A stretch of 45,686 bases of DNA, from the sequence record SRR2962707_3597, one strand, 5' to 3'. The notes under the pieces are model-generated. The model saw nothing but the letters and a program-made list of their open reading frames with translations, searched no databases and was not told the origin of the DNA. The position numbers and the translations under genes are program-made. Shown here piece by piece: positions 9,051 through 20,408 of the stretch. Positions within the stretch are counted from its first letter, which is position 1; each line of letters starts with the position of its first letter.

Positions 9051-10973
9051 TTATTGCGCCTTGCGGACCCGCAGGTACCATTCGGACAGCAGCCGAACCT
9101 GTTTCTCGGTGTAGCCGCGATCCATCATGCGTTTGACGAAGTTGTCGTGCTTGCGGCGATCCTCTTCGCTGCCTTTCGGGTTGAAGGAAATGACCGGCAA
9201 CAGCTCCTCGGTGTTGGAGAACATTTTCTTCTCGATGACATCACGAAGCTTCTGATAGCTGAGCCAGCTTGGATTGCGGCCGCTGTTGTTGGCCCGCGCC
9301 CGCAGCACGAAGTTGACCACCTCGTTGCGAAAGTCCTTCGGGTTGGAAATGCCCGCCGGCTTTTCGATCTTTTCCAGTTCCTCGTTGAGTGATTGGCGAT
9401 CGAATATTTCGCCGGTATCCGGATCCCGGAATTCCTGATCCTGAATCCAGAAGTCGGCGTAAGTAACATAGCGGTCGAAAATGTTTTGCCCGTACTCGGA
9501 GTAGGATTCCAGATACGCGGTCTGGATTTCCTTGCCGATGAATTCCACGTAACGCGGAACCAGGTACTCCTTGATGAAGCGGTGGAATTGCTCCTGGCGT
9601 TCCTGGGGGAACTGCTCCTGTTCGATGCGCTGTTCGAGAACGTGGATCAAGTGCACCGGGTTGGCCGCTATCTCGGAGTGATCGAAGTTGAACACCTTGG
9701 AGAGGATCTTGAAGGCGAAACGGGTGGACAGGCCGTCCATGCCTTCGTCGACGCCGGCCATATCCCGGTATTCCTGAATCGACTTGGCTCTCGGGTCCAC
9801 GTCCTTCAGGTTCTCGCCGTCGTAAACGCGCACTTTGGAGTAAATGCTGGAATTTTCCGGTTCGCTGATCCGCGTTAACACCGAGAACTGGGCCAGCATG
9901 TGCAGCGTGTCCGGGGCGCACTGGGCATCACGCAGACTGGAGTTGCGCAACAGCTTCTCGTAAATCATCTGTTCTTCGGTGACGCGCAGGCAGTAAGGCA
10001 CCTTGACGATGTAGACGCGGTCGATGAACGCCTCATTGTTCTTGTTGTTCTTGAAGGTGTGCCATTCGGCTTCGTTGGAGTGGGCCAGCACGATGCCATC
10101 GAAGGGAATCGCGCCCATGTGCTCGGTGCCGTTGTAGTTGCCTTCCTGGGTGGCGGTGAGTAGCGGGTGCAGCACCTTGATCGGCGCCTTGAACATCTCG
10201 ACGAATTCCATCAGGCCCTGATTGGCCCGGCACAGGCCGCCGGAGAAGGCGTAGGAATCCGGGTCATCCTGGGAGAAATCCTCCAGCTTGCGGATGTCCA
10301 CCTTGCCCACCAGAGCGGAGATGTCCTGATTGTTTTCGTCGCCGGGTTCGGTTTTCGATATGGCGATCTGATCCAGTATGGAGGGGTAGCATTTCACCAC
10401 CCGGAACTGGCTGATATCACCACCGTATTCATGCAAACGCTTGACCGCCCAGGGCGACATGATGGTGCGCACGTAACGGCGCGGAATGCCGTACTCCTCT
10501 TCCAGAATGGGACCGTCCTCGTCGGCGTCGAACACGGACAGAGGGGACTCATTCACCGGCGATCCCTTGATGGCGTAGAACGGCACCTTCTGCATCAACG
10601 CCTTGAGTTTCTCCGCCAGGGAGGATTTGCCGCCGCCAACCGGGCCGAGCAGGTAGAGAATCTGTTTCTTTTCTTCCAGCCCCTGGGCGGCGTGGCGGAA
10701 GTAGCTGACGATATTCTCGATGACCTCTTCGAGGCCGTAGAATTCGTCGAAGGCGGGATAGCGACGGATGATTTTGTTGGAAAAGATCCGGGAAAGCCGT
10801 GGATCCTTGGAGGTGTCCACCAGTTCAGGCTCACCGATCGCCATGAGCATGCGCTCGGGAGCGCTGGCGTAGGCGCTGGGGTCGCTCTTGCAGAGCGCCA
10901 GATACTCCTCCAGGGACAACTCCTCCTGCTGAGTGGCGTCAAACCGGGCCTGATAATGGCTGATAATGCTCAT
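9051..10973 (-). CDS. yeaG: PrkA/YeaG AAA+ serine protein kinase
   Basis: Walker A GPVGGGKS, EFVEMFKAPIKVLHPLLTATQEG and C-terminal RLLSEWYLRVRK. Confidence 0.95.
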   Translation of the reverse strand: MSIISHYQARFDATQQEELSLEEYLALCKSDPSAYASAPERMLMAIGEPELVDTSKDPRLSRIFSNKIIRRYPAFDEFYGLEEVIENIVSYFRHAAQGLEEKKQILYLLGPVGGGKSSLAEKLKALMQKVPFYAIKGSPVNESPLSVFDADEDGPILEEEYGIPRRYVRTIMSPWAVKRLHEYGGDISQFRVVKCYPSILDQIAISKTEPGDENNQDISALVGKVDIRKLEDFSQDDPDSYAFSGGLCRANQGLMEFVEMFKAPIKVLHPLLTATQEGNYNGTEHMGAIPFDGIVLAHSNEAEWHTFKNNKNNEAFIDRVYIVKVPYCLRVTEEQMIYEKLLRNSSLRDAQCAPDTLHMLAQFSVLTRISEPENSSIYSKVRVYDGENLKDVDPRAKSIQEYRDMAGVDEGMDGLSTRFAFKILSKVFNFDHSEIAANPVHLIHVLEQRIEQEQFPQERQEQFHRFIKEYLVPRYVEFIGKEIQTAYLESYSEYGQNIFDRYVTYADFWIQDQEFRDPDTGEIFDRQSLNEELEKIEKPAGISNPKDFRNEVVNFVLRARANNSGRNPSWLSYQKLRDVIEKKMFSNTEELLPVISFNPKGSEEDRRKHDNFVKRMMDRGYTEKQVRLLSEWYLRVRKAQ

Positions 10974-11106
10974 TCCTCACTCCCTCCTGGCGGCGCTTGA
11001 ATGTCAAGCCGTCACTTTCTACATGAAAATAAACCCTTAACGAAATGGATGCGGCGCGAAGATCAGGGAATCCCGTCACGGGATGTCGGTGACCGGCCTT
11101 GTCTTT

Positions 11107-11167
11107 AGCATGGCGCCAAAACAAAGTCTGAGTCAAAGCCAAGCCGAAAAAAAATTTTGTTTTTTTT
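11107..11167 (-). promoter_or_regulatory. Putative sigma70/sigmaS promoter with upstream A/T tracts for the prkA operon
   Basis: Minus strand TTGACT-N18-CATGCT, with A/T homopolymer tracts at 11147-11167. Confidence 0.35.
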
Positions 11168-11242
11168 GCAGCGATGGAATGAACCGGCGGAGCCGAATTC
11201 GGTCACCGCCGGAACGTCATGAAAAGAGGGGAGGAGGGAGGA

Positions 11243-12055
11243 TCAACGGCACTGGCAAGCGATACGGAGGCCGTCTTCCAGGCGCAGTGCGGTAAGCTGG
11301 CCGCCCCATACGCAGCCGGTATCCAGGGGTTCCACGTCATTGGCGCTGGCCCGGCCTTCCAGGGCCGCCCAGTGACCAAACAGGATGCGACGGCCCAGGT
11401 CGCGCCGGCGAGGATGTTCAAACCAGGGCATATAGCCCTCGGGCGGCTGATCCGCTTCGCCTTTGCTGCCCAGATCCAGTTCACCGGCATCGTTGACGAA
11501 GCGCATGCGGGTGAAATGGTTGGTGATCACTCGCCACCGCTCCGGACCTTGCAAGTCATCACGCCATCCCGCTGGTTCGTTGCCATACATATGGGCGAAA
11601 AAGGTGCTCGCCTGCTCGCCATCGGCGAGTACCGCGGTGATTTCCCCGGCCCGTTCACGGGCTTGTTCCAGGCTCCATAGCGGGGGCATGCCGGCGTGGG
11701 CCATCACCGCGTTGAATTCGGGCAGGTCGATCAGCAGCGGTTGGCGCTGCAGCCAGTCCAGCAGGGTATGCCGGTCCTCGGCCTCGAGGATTGGCGTCAG
11801 GGTGTCCTTGCCCCTCGCACGGGCCTGGCCGTGGGCCACCGCGAGCAGGTGCAGGTCGTGATTGCCCAACACGGTGAGAACATTGTCCCGCAAATCGTGG
11901 AGGAGCCGCAGAGTGCCGAGTGAATCCGGGCCGCGATTGACCAGGTCCCCGGCCAACACAAGTTGATCGCGGTCCGCCTTGAAGCGAATCCGCTCCAGCA
12001 GGGCCTCGAAGGGGCCCAGACAGCCCTGGATGTCGCCGATGGCGTAGGTGCTCAT
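11243..12055 (-). CDS. apaH: Symmetrical bis(5'-nucleosyl)-tetraphosphatase
   Basis: YAIGDIQGC, GDLVNRGP, LGNHDLH, FGHWAAL and LDTGCVWG motifs. Confidence 0.95.
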   Translation of the reverse strand: MSTYAIGDIQGCLGPFEALLERIRFKADRDQLVLAGDLVNRGPDSLGTLRLLHDLRDNVLTVLGNHDLHLLAVAHGQARARGKDTLTPILEAEDRHTLLDWLQRQPLLIDLPEFNAVMAHAGMPPLWSLEQARERAGEITAVLADGEQASTFFAHMYGNEPAGWRDDLQGPERWRVITNHFTRMRFVNDAGELDLGSKGEADQPPEGYMPWFEHPRRRDLGRRILFGHWAALEGRASANDVEPLDTGCVWGGQLTALRLEDGLRIACQCR

Positions 12056-12127
12056 GGGAAAATTCCGTCAGGCTCGCTATGGGTGGTTATTCGGAGTCGG
12101 TCAGGGTGCCGCTTCCGCCGCCGGGGT

Positions 12128-12517
12128 TCAATGCAAGGCCCGGTCGGCGGCCAGGGTGAAGGCCGGGATCGGCGCATTGAAGCAGGTGCCGTCCTCGGAC
12201 AGCATCTGGTAGCTGCCGCGCATGCTGCCGACGGCGGTTTCCAGGATGGCGCCGCTGGAGTACTGGAACTCCTGGCCCGGCGCCAGCTCCGGCTGCTGGC
12301 CGAGAACGCCTTCGCCGTGGACTTCCTGTACGCGCTGATCGCCGTCGGTGATGATCCAGTGCCGGGTCAGCAGGCGCGCGCCCTGGCTGCCGCGGTTGAT
12401 GATGCGGATGTGGTAGGCGAACGCCCAGCGCTTTTGGTCGGCGTCGCTTTGTTCCGGCAGGTATTCGCTTTCCGCGAACACCTCGATGCGGTAGGCATCG
12501 TTGTCACTGTCGCTCAT
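12128..12517 (-). CDS. apaG: ApaG protein
   Basis: AFAYHIRIIN, LLTRHWIITD, GEGVLGQQP and GSMRGSY motifs. Confidence 0.95.
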   Translation of the reverse strand: MSDSDNDAYRIEVFAESEYLPEQSDADQKRWAFAYHIRIINRGSQGARLLTRHWIITDGDQRVQEVHGEGVLGQQPELAPGQEFQYSSGAILETAVGSMRGSYQMLSEDGTCFNAPIPAFTLAADRALH

Positions 12518-12565
12518 GATTCCCTCTCGCGGGGTCGGAAACCCGGTGGGCGGCGTCCTCCGCCG

Positions 12566-13339
12566 TCAGCCGGTGGCGTTGGCCAGCGCGACGTAATCCG
12601 CCACCGAAAGATGATCGGGACGCAGGCCGGGGTCGATGCCCAGGGCATCGAAAATGTCCGGTTCCACCAGGGTCTTCAGCGCATTGCGCACCGCCTTGCG
12701 GCGCTGGGTGAAGGCCTGGTTGACCAGTTTGCCAAGATAGACCGGATCCCGGGCCGGCCAGGGCGCGGTGGCGTGCGGGGTCAGTCTGACCACGGCGGAA
12801 TCCACCTTGGGCGGCGGCTGGAACGCGCCCGGGGGCACGAAGAACAGATAATCCGCCTGGCAGTGGTATTGCACCATCACCGACAGCCGGCCGTAATCGC
12901 CCGTGCCCGGCGCCGCGGTGAGCCGGTCCACCACCTCCTTTTGCAACATGAATGTCATGTCGCCGATCACTTCCGCCTGTTCCAGCAGGTGGAAGATCAA
13001 GGGGGTTGAAATATTGTACGGCAAATTGCCCACCACCCGCAGCTTGAGGTCGCCGGCCAGGGGGCGGAAGTCGAAACGCAGGGCATCCGCCTGATGGATG
13101 GTCAGACGTTCCTCGGGCACCGCCTCGCGCAGTAAGTGGATCAGGTCACGGTCCAGTTCCACCACGTCCAGATGCGCCACCTGCTCCAGTAGTGGATAGG
13201 TGAGCGCGCCGCGTCCGGGGCCGATTTCCACCAGCTTCTGGCCGGCCATGGGGGCCACCGTGCGGACCAGACGATCGATGATGCCCGGGTCATGCAGAAA
13301 GTGCTGCCCGAAGCGTTTGCGGGCGCGGTGTTCGGTCAT
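12566..13339 (-). CDS. rsmA: 16S rRNA m6,2A1518/1519 dimethyltransferase (KsgA)
   Basis: RKRFGQHFL, EIGPGRG, GNLPYNIS, MLQKEV and PPPKVDS motifs. Confidence 0.96.
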   Translation of the reverse strand: MTEHRARKRFGQHFLHDPGIIDRLVRTVAPMAGQKLVEIGPGRGALTYPLLEQVAHLDVVELDRDLIHLLREAVPEERLTIHQADALRFDFRPLAGDLKLRVVGNLPYNISTPLIFHLLEQAEVIGDMTFMLQKEVVDRLTAAPGTGDYGRLSVMVQYHCQADYLFFVPPGAFQPPPKVDSAVVRLTPHATAPWPARDPVYLGKLVNQAFTQRRKAVRNALKTLVEPDIFDALGIDPGLRPDHLSVADYVALANATG

Positions 13340-14313
13340 GAGGAACGTTTCTCCACCAGTTCCAGAGCCAGGTCGATGGCGGCATGCAGGCTGCCGGCGC
13401 GGATACGCCCGCTGCCGGCCAGATCGAAGGCGGTGCCGTGGTCCACTGAAGTGCGGATGAACGGCAACCCCAGGGTGATATTAACGGCTTCGCCGAAGCC
13501 GGCGTATTTGAGCACCGGCAGACCCTGGTCATGGTACATGGCCAGCACCGCGTCATGCCGCGCCAGCAGCTCCGGTTGGAAGGCGGTGTCGGCGGGCACT
13601 GGCCCGGTGAGGCTCAGGCCCTGCTGGCGCAGGCGCGTCAGCGCCGGCTCGATGATCTCGATTTCTTCCCGTCCCAGGTGGCCGCCTTCACCGGCGTGAG
13701 GGTTCAGCCCCAGGACCAGGATGCGCGGCGAATCGATGGCGAATTTGTCGCGCAGGTCCTGGCACAGGATGTGCAGAGTGGTTTCCAGTGATGGACCGGT
13801 GATCGCCTCCGCCACCCGGGACAGGGGCAAATGGGTGGTGGCCAGGGCAACGCGCAGGGTTTTCGCGGTCAGCATCATCACGACCTGTTTCACGCCGGCC
13901 TGCTCGGCGAAGAACTCGGTGTGTCCGGTAAACGCCGGATCGGCGCCTTCACGGATGATGCTTTTGGCCACTGGTGCCGTGACCAGGGCGGAGAACTGGC
14001 CGTCCAGGCAACCCCGGGCGGCCCGCCCGAGCATTGTCAGGGTGCCGGAGGCGGTGGCCGGGTCCGGTTGGCCGGCAGTCACGGGGGCGCCGGCGGGGCA
14101 GTGCCAAAGCGCCGGGCTGGCGGGTGGGGCGTCGCCAGGTTGCCATTGTGGCCAGGTGGCCTGCAAACCTAGCGACCGGGCCCGATCGTGCAACACCCGC
14201 CGATCCGCCAGCACTACCAGGGCGGTGTCGGGATAGCGGCGCGGCAGATCCAGCATCAGATCCGGGCCGATGCCCGCCGGGTCGCCACTGGTGATGACAA
14301 TCGGCGCGGTCAT
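13336..14313 (-). CDS. pdxA: 4-hydroxythreonine-4-phosphate dehydrogenase
   Basis: GDPAGIGP, FTGHTE, GLNPHAGE, AMYHDQGL and RTSVDHGTAFD motifs. Confidence 0.96.
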   Translation of the reverse strand: MTAPIVITSGDPAGIGPDLMLDLPRRYPDTALVVLADRRVLHDRARSLGLQATWPQWQPGDAPPASPALWHCPAGAPVTAGQPDPATASGTLTMLGRAARGCLDGQFSALVTAPVAKSIIREGADPAFTGHTEFFAEQAGVKQVVMMLTAKTLRVALATTHLPLSRVAEAITGPSLETTLHILCQDLRDKFAIDSPRILVLGLNPHAGEGGHLGREEIEIIEPALTRLRQQGLSLTGPVPADTAFQPELLARHDAVLAMYHDQGLPVLKYAGFGEAVNITLGLPFIRTSVDHGTAFDLAGSGRIRAGSLHAAIDLALELVEKRSS

Positions 14314-15608
14314 TGATCCAGGCGGATATCGACGTAGGCTTCCGCCCGCTTTTCCTGCAGCCAGGTTTGCAGTTCTTCGTCGAATCGTTGTTTTTGCAGG
14401 GCCTGGCGGGCACGCATCTGGCGGAATTCGTCGCTCATGTCCGCTTCACGTTGCTCTTCCACCAGCAGGAAGTGGTAACCGAACTGGGTCTGGAACACCG
14501 GAGACACCTGGCCCACCGGAGTGGATTCCATCATTTGCTCGAACTCCGGCACCATCTGGCCAGGCGTGACCCATCCCAGCTCACCACCCTGATTGCGGCT
14601 GCCGGGGTCATCGGAATGCTCGCGGGCCACATCGGCGAGGCTGACACTGCCGCTGACCACCTGTTGATGGAGGCGCTGGGCTTCGGCCCGGGCCTGATTG
14701 TCGGTGGTCAGAGCGTCGGATTGAACCAGCACATGCCGTACCCGGTACTGGGTAACCACGTGCTCGCCCCCTCCGCCACGACGCTCGATCATTTTGAGGA
14801 TGTGAAAACCGGCTCCGGAGCGCAACGGCTCGGAGATATCGCCGGATTGCATATCAATGGCGGTCTCGGCGAAGAGGGTTGGCCACTGGGCCGCCGGCCG
14901 CCATCCCAGATCGCCGCCTTCCAGCGCTTGTGGGCCGTCGGATTGTTCCACCGCGGTTTCGGCGAAGTCGGCGCCGCCGCGCAGGCGCTGAACGATGCCG
15001 TTGGCTTTGTTCCGGGCCTGCTCGAGCTGCTCCGGCGAGGCGCCGCTGGGGACTTGCACCAGAATATGGCCAAGATGGAAGTCGGCGGCGAACATGCGCC
15101 GGCCCAGGTCGGAGCTGAGGAAGCGGTCCACTTCCCGGTCAGTGACACGCACCCGGGAGGAAACGGAACGCTGCTGCAGGCGGGAAATCACCATGTCGTT
15201 GCGCACCTGCTCACGGAACTCGGCCCAGGAGTAGCCGTCGGCGCGGACCGCGTTGGCGAACTGCTCCAGATCCATGTTGTTCTGCCCGGCGATGCCGGTC
15301 AGCGCCTGATTGAGGCTGCCGTCATCCACGCGGATGCCGCCGCGCTCCGCCAGTTGCAGCTGGATGCGCTCGATGATCATGCGATCGAGTACTTGCTCGC
15401 GCAGCACCTGGGCCGGAGGCAGAGGGCGGTTGTCCGCCTCGAACTGACCAACGATGCCGGCAACCCGGGACTGCAACTCACTTTCCATGATGGCGCCGTC
15501 GTTGACCACCGCGACAATGCGGTCAAGGATCCGCACCTGTGCCTGGGCATTGACTGCCAGGCCCAGACACAGACAGACGGTCAGTAACGTCGACAAAGCC
15601 CTATTCAT
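14310..15608 (-). CDS. surA: Periplasmic chaperone / PPIase SurA
   Basis: Signal peptide, LDRIVAVVN, and two parvulin domains (GGDLGW, GGELGW). Located between lptD and pdxA. Confidence 0.95.
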   Translation of the reverse strand: MNRALSTLLTVCLCLGLAVNAQAQVRILDRIVAVVNDGAIMESELQSRVAGIVGQFEADNRPLPPAQVLREQVLDRMIIERIQLQLAERGGIRVDDGSLNQALTGIAGQNNMDLEQFANAVRADGYSWAEFREQVRNDMVISRLQQRSVSSRVRVTDREVDRFLSSDLGRRMFAADFHLGHILVQVPSGASPEQLEQARNKANGIVQRLRGGADFAETAVEQSDGPQALEGGDLGWRPAAQWPTLFAETAIDMQSGDISEPLRSGAGFHILKMIERRGGGGEHVVTQYRVRHVLVQSDALTTDNQARAEAQRLHQQVVSGSVSLADVAREHSDDPGSRNQGGELGWVTPGQMVPEFEQMMESTPVGQVSPVFQTQFGYHFLLVEEQREADMSDEFRQMRARQALQKQRFDEELQTWLQEKRAEAYVDIRLDQ

Positions 15609-17874
15609 ATTCTCTCCTGTATCCGGAAATGCTGCGCTCCAGCAGTGAGTCCACTCGCCCGCCGAAGCCGCCCAGTCCGGTCATTTCGATCTGCAACATC
15701 ACGGTGGAGTCCGGCTCAAGGGTGCCGTCCCCATCATCGTCGTAGAGTTCCCGCTGGCTCACCAGTCGTACCCGCCAGCAGCAGTTTCGGTATTCCGCGC
15801 CCGCCAGGGTTTCCTGGGTGCGATGGTTTTCAACGTCATACATCCAGCGGCCGATCAGCCGCCAGTTGCGATGGATAGGCCAGATCGCCGCCACCTCTGA
15901 TTGCCGCAGATTATCCTCCGGGCGGTCGTGGAAGCCCAGATTGAAAATTCGCCGCTCGCGGTCGTTGTAGCCGAGCCGCAGGGTGGAACGCTGGCGCTGG
16001 CCGCCGGAGGTATCCCACTGGCCTTCGGAATAGAGGTACCAATCGCGGCCAAAGTTCCATCGCATATCGGCCACCGCCGGGGTCTGGTCGGCAGTGTCTT
16101 CCTCGGCACCGTTCAATTGCACTCTGCGGTCGTCCAGGTAATAGCCCTGGCCGACGCGCAGACGCAGTTGCTCGCGGCCATCGTCGTCGCGCAGGAAACG
16201 GCTGGTCAAGCCCACCGCGATCTTCTCTTCATCACCGATGCGGTCATAACCAATGTAGCGGTTTTCCCGGAACAGGGTGTTGTAGGAGAAGGTCAGTTCG
16301 CCGGCATCGAAATCCGGCAGATCGTCCTGGTTCTCGTAGGCGACCTTGTTGATGAACACCCGGGGTTCCAGGGTCTGGGTATAGCCACGGCCGAACAGGT
16401 TGGTGGAGCGCTCGAAGAACATGCCGGCGTCGAGGCTGGCACCCCAGGTGTTGAGGGAGGGTTCGCTGCCGCTGGGACCGCCATCATCCAGTTGATAGCG
16501 GGTGTGGTACAGGCGTGCTCTGGGCTCGACGTAACCCCAGCTGTTCTCCATCCGGGCGGACAGCGCCGGTTGCGCGTGCATGCGCACTCCGGTGGGGTTG
16601 TTGCTGGTGTCCTTGTCGCTGCGGTCGAAAGCGGTGACGTCACTGAGCCATAACATCCGCAGCGGGCCGACCAGATGCGGGCTGCCGGTCAGTTGCAGCT
16701 GTGGCAGCCGGCGATAGGGGTGGAGATCATCCGCCAGCGTCGGGTCGATGGTTTGCCAGGCCTGGAGCCGGCCCAGCGCTTGCCAGGTGCGGCCGTAGTA
16801 GCGCAGCTCCCCAACCCGTGGCAGGTGGGTTTGGGAACTCACCTGCAAGCCGGTATCCAGATCCTTGAAGTAGAAGTCGTCGGACACGTAATTCATGTCC
16901 ACGTGCAGGCCCCAGCGGCCGATGGAGCCGTCGTGGCGCCAGGCCGCCAACTCACGGTCCTGGTCGTCGAACTCCCGGTCCTGGAACAGCACACCGTAGC
17001 TGACCTGCCCCTGGCCATAGCGGCTCAGGTAGCGAAACTCGGTTTCCAGGCCGGCGCCACGGCCGTCCACATAACGCGGGGCGACGGTGGCGTCCATCTG
17101 CGGGTGCAGGTTCAGGTAGATCGGCTGGGAGAAGTCCAGGCCGCCGTTGTCGCTGGTGCTGATGGTGGGAAACAGCAACCCCGACTTGCGCCGGTCATCG
17201 ATGGGGAAGGTGATCCAGGGCAGATAGAACAGCGGTACGTCTCTTACTCGCAACACCACGTTGCGCGCCTCGCCCCAGCCCTTGTCCCGGTCCAGCAGAA
17301 TCTGCTCGCCGGAGAGACGCCAGCTGTTGGAGCCGGGCGGGCAGGTGGTATAGGTGCCGTTGAACACCGAGGTCAGGTTGCTGACCTGATCAATATACTC
17401 GGCGGAGCCGTGAGCGCCGGGGCCGAACAGGGAATAGCGGGCATTGCCCAGGCTGACCTGACGGCTGCTGGTCTGGCCGCTCATGGAATCGGCGAGAAAG
17501 GTGAATTGGTTGGACTCCAGACGCAACGGGGTGTCCACTTCGAATTTGCCGCTGCTGCGGTCGAACAAAGCGGAATTGGTGACCACCCGGGAACCGGGCT
17601 GCTCGATCAGGACGTCGCCGCTCATTTCGATCAGGCCGTCCTCGGACGCGCTGGTTTGATCGGCGGTGATGATGGTGTCGCTGGTCTCCGCCCGTGGGCC
17701 GACCCGGGGATTGTAATAAATACCGCCGCACCACACCGGAATGGGGCGCTGCAGCACCTCGGGAAGCTCGTTCATTGCCTCACGGTCAACCCAGTTCAGA
17801 TCGTCCTTGGCTGCCGCGGTGCTGGCGAACCCCAGTACCAGGCAGGAAAACATCAGTCGTGAGTGCAGTGGCAT
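15601..17874 (-). CDS. lptD: LPS-assembly outer membrane protein LptD (OstA)
   Basis: YTTCPPG, RKSGLLFP, QTLEPR and YRNCCW motifs. Lies upstream of surA. Confidence 0.95.
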   Translation of the reverse strand: MPLHSRLMFSCLVLGFASTAAAKDDLNWVDREAMNELPEVLQRPIPVWCGGIYYNPRVGPRAETSDTIITADQTSASEDGLIEMSGDVLIEQPGSRVVTNSALFDRSSGKFEVDTPLRLESNQFTFLADSMSGQTSSRQVSLGNARYSLFGPGAHGSAEYIDQVSNLTSVFNGTYTTCPPGSNSWRLSGEQILLDRDKGWGEARNVVLRVRDVPLFYLPWITFPIDDRRKSGLLFPTISTSDNGGLDFSQPIYLNLHPQMDATVAPRYVDGRGAGLETEFRYLSRYGQGQVSYGVLFQDREFDDQDRELAAWRHDGSIGRWGLHVDMNYVSDDFYFKDLDTGLQVSSQTHLPRVGELRYYGRTWQALGRLQAWQTIDPTLADDLHPYRRLPQLQLTGSPHLVGPLRMLWLSDVTAFDRSDKDTSNNPTGVRMHAQPALSARMENSWGYVEPRARLYHTRYQLDDGGPSGSEPSLNTWGASLDAGMFFERSTNLFGRGYTQTLEPRVFINKVAYENQDDLPDFDAGELTFSYNTLFRENRYIGYDRIGDEEKIAVGLTSRFLRDDDGREQLRLRVGQGYYLDDRRVQLNGAEEDTADQTPAVADMRWNFGRDWYLYSEGQWDTSGGQRQRSTLRLGYNDRERRIFNLGFHDRPEDNLRQSEVAAIWPIHRNWRLIGRWMYDVENHRTQETLAGAEYRNCCWRVRLVSQRELYDDDGDGTLEPDSTVMLQIEMTGLGGFGGRVDSLLERSISGYRREYE

Positions 17875-18049
17875 CGGCTGCTCAGAACAGGTAAAAAGGC
17901 CGTCTTAAACCGCTGGACGCCCCCGTTGGCCGGGATTTGTCCCGGTGTTTCCCGATGCCGGCGCTCGGGTCGGGGCCACCTCGGGGCAGGAAACAGGGCG
18001 ACACGGTAGTCTTCGTCAATCGCCGCAGTGTAAACGAATGGGATGGGCA

Positions 18050-19701
<1,652 letters not shown>

Positions 19702-19733
19702 GCCCGCGGGGCCGGGCGGTGCTGGAGAATTTG

Positions 19734-20408
19734 ATGGGTAAGCAAACCCCCTGGATCGCGCCTTCCATCCTGGCGGCGGATTTCGCCCGCCTGGGAGAAG
19801 AATGCGAGGCGGTACTGGCCGCCGGCGCCGACGTGATTCATTTCGACGTCATGGACAACCACTATGTGCCGAACCTGACGATCGGTCCGATGGTGTGCCA
19901 GGCGCTGCGCAAACATGGCATCGAAGCGCCCATCGACGTGCACCTGATGGTGTCGCCGGTGGACGATCTGATCGGCATGTTCGCCGACGCCGGTGCCTCC
20001 ATGATCACCTTTCACCCGGAAGCCTCCCGTCATGTGGACCGCTCCCTGCAACTGATCCGGGATGCCGGCTGCCAGGCCGGGCTGGTGTTGAATCCGGCGA
20101 CCACGCCGGAGTGCCTGGAATACGTCATGGACAAGCTCGACATGATCCTGCTGATGAGCGTGAACCCGGGCTTCGGCGGGCAGAAGTTCATTCCCGGCAC
20201 CCTCAAGAAGATCGAGCAGGTGCGCGCCCTGATCGATCGGCAAGAGCGGCCGATCCGTCTGGAAGTGGATGGCGGCGTGTCGGAGAAGAATATCCGCGAT
20301 GTGGCCGCCGCCGGCGCCGATACCTTTGTCGCCGGGTCCGCCATTTTCGGCAAGAGCGACTATGGCGCGGTGATCGAACAGATGCGCGCCGAACTGGCCC
20401 GGGCCTGA
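19734..20408 (+). CDS. rpe: Ribulose-phosphate 3-epimerase
   Basis: [37 protein letters not shown] and VAGSAIF motifs. Confidence 0.96.
   Translation: MGKQTPWIAPSILAADFARLGEECEAVLAAGADVIHFDVMDNHYVPNLTIGPMVCQALRKHGIEAPIDVHLMVSPVDDLIGMFADAGASMITFHPEASRHVDRSLQLIRDAGCQAGLVLNPATTPECLEYVMDKLDMILLMSVNPGFGGQKFIPGTLKKIEQVRALIDRQERPIRLEVDGGVSEKNIRDVAAAGADTFVAGSAIFGKSDYGAVIEQMRAELARA

Noticed and set aside
14313-15587. Long antisense ORFs (also 5061-6002, 16675-17862, 26704-28065, 29820-31151, 44384-45616 and others)
   Set aside because: They shadow well-recognised genes on the opposite strand and have no motifs. This is expected from GC-rich codon bias.
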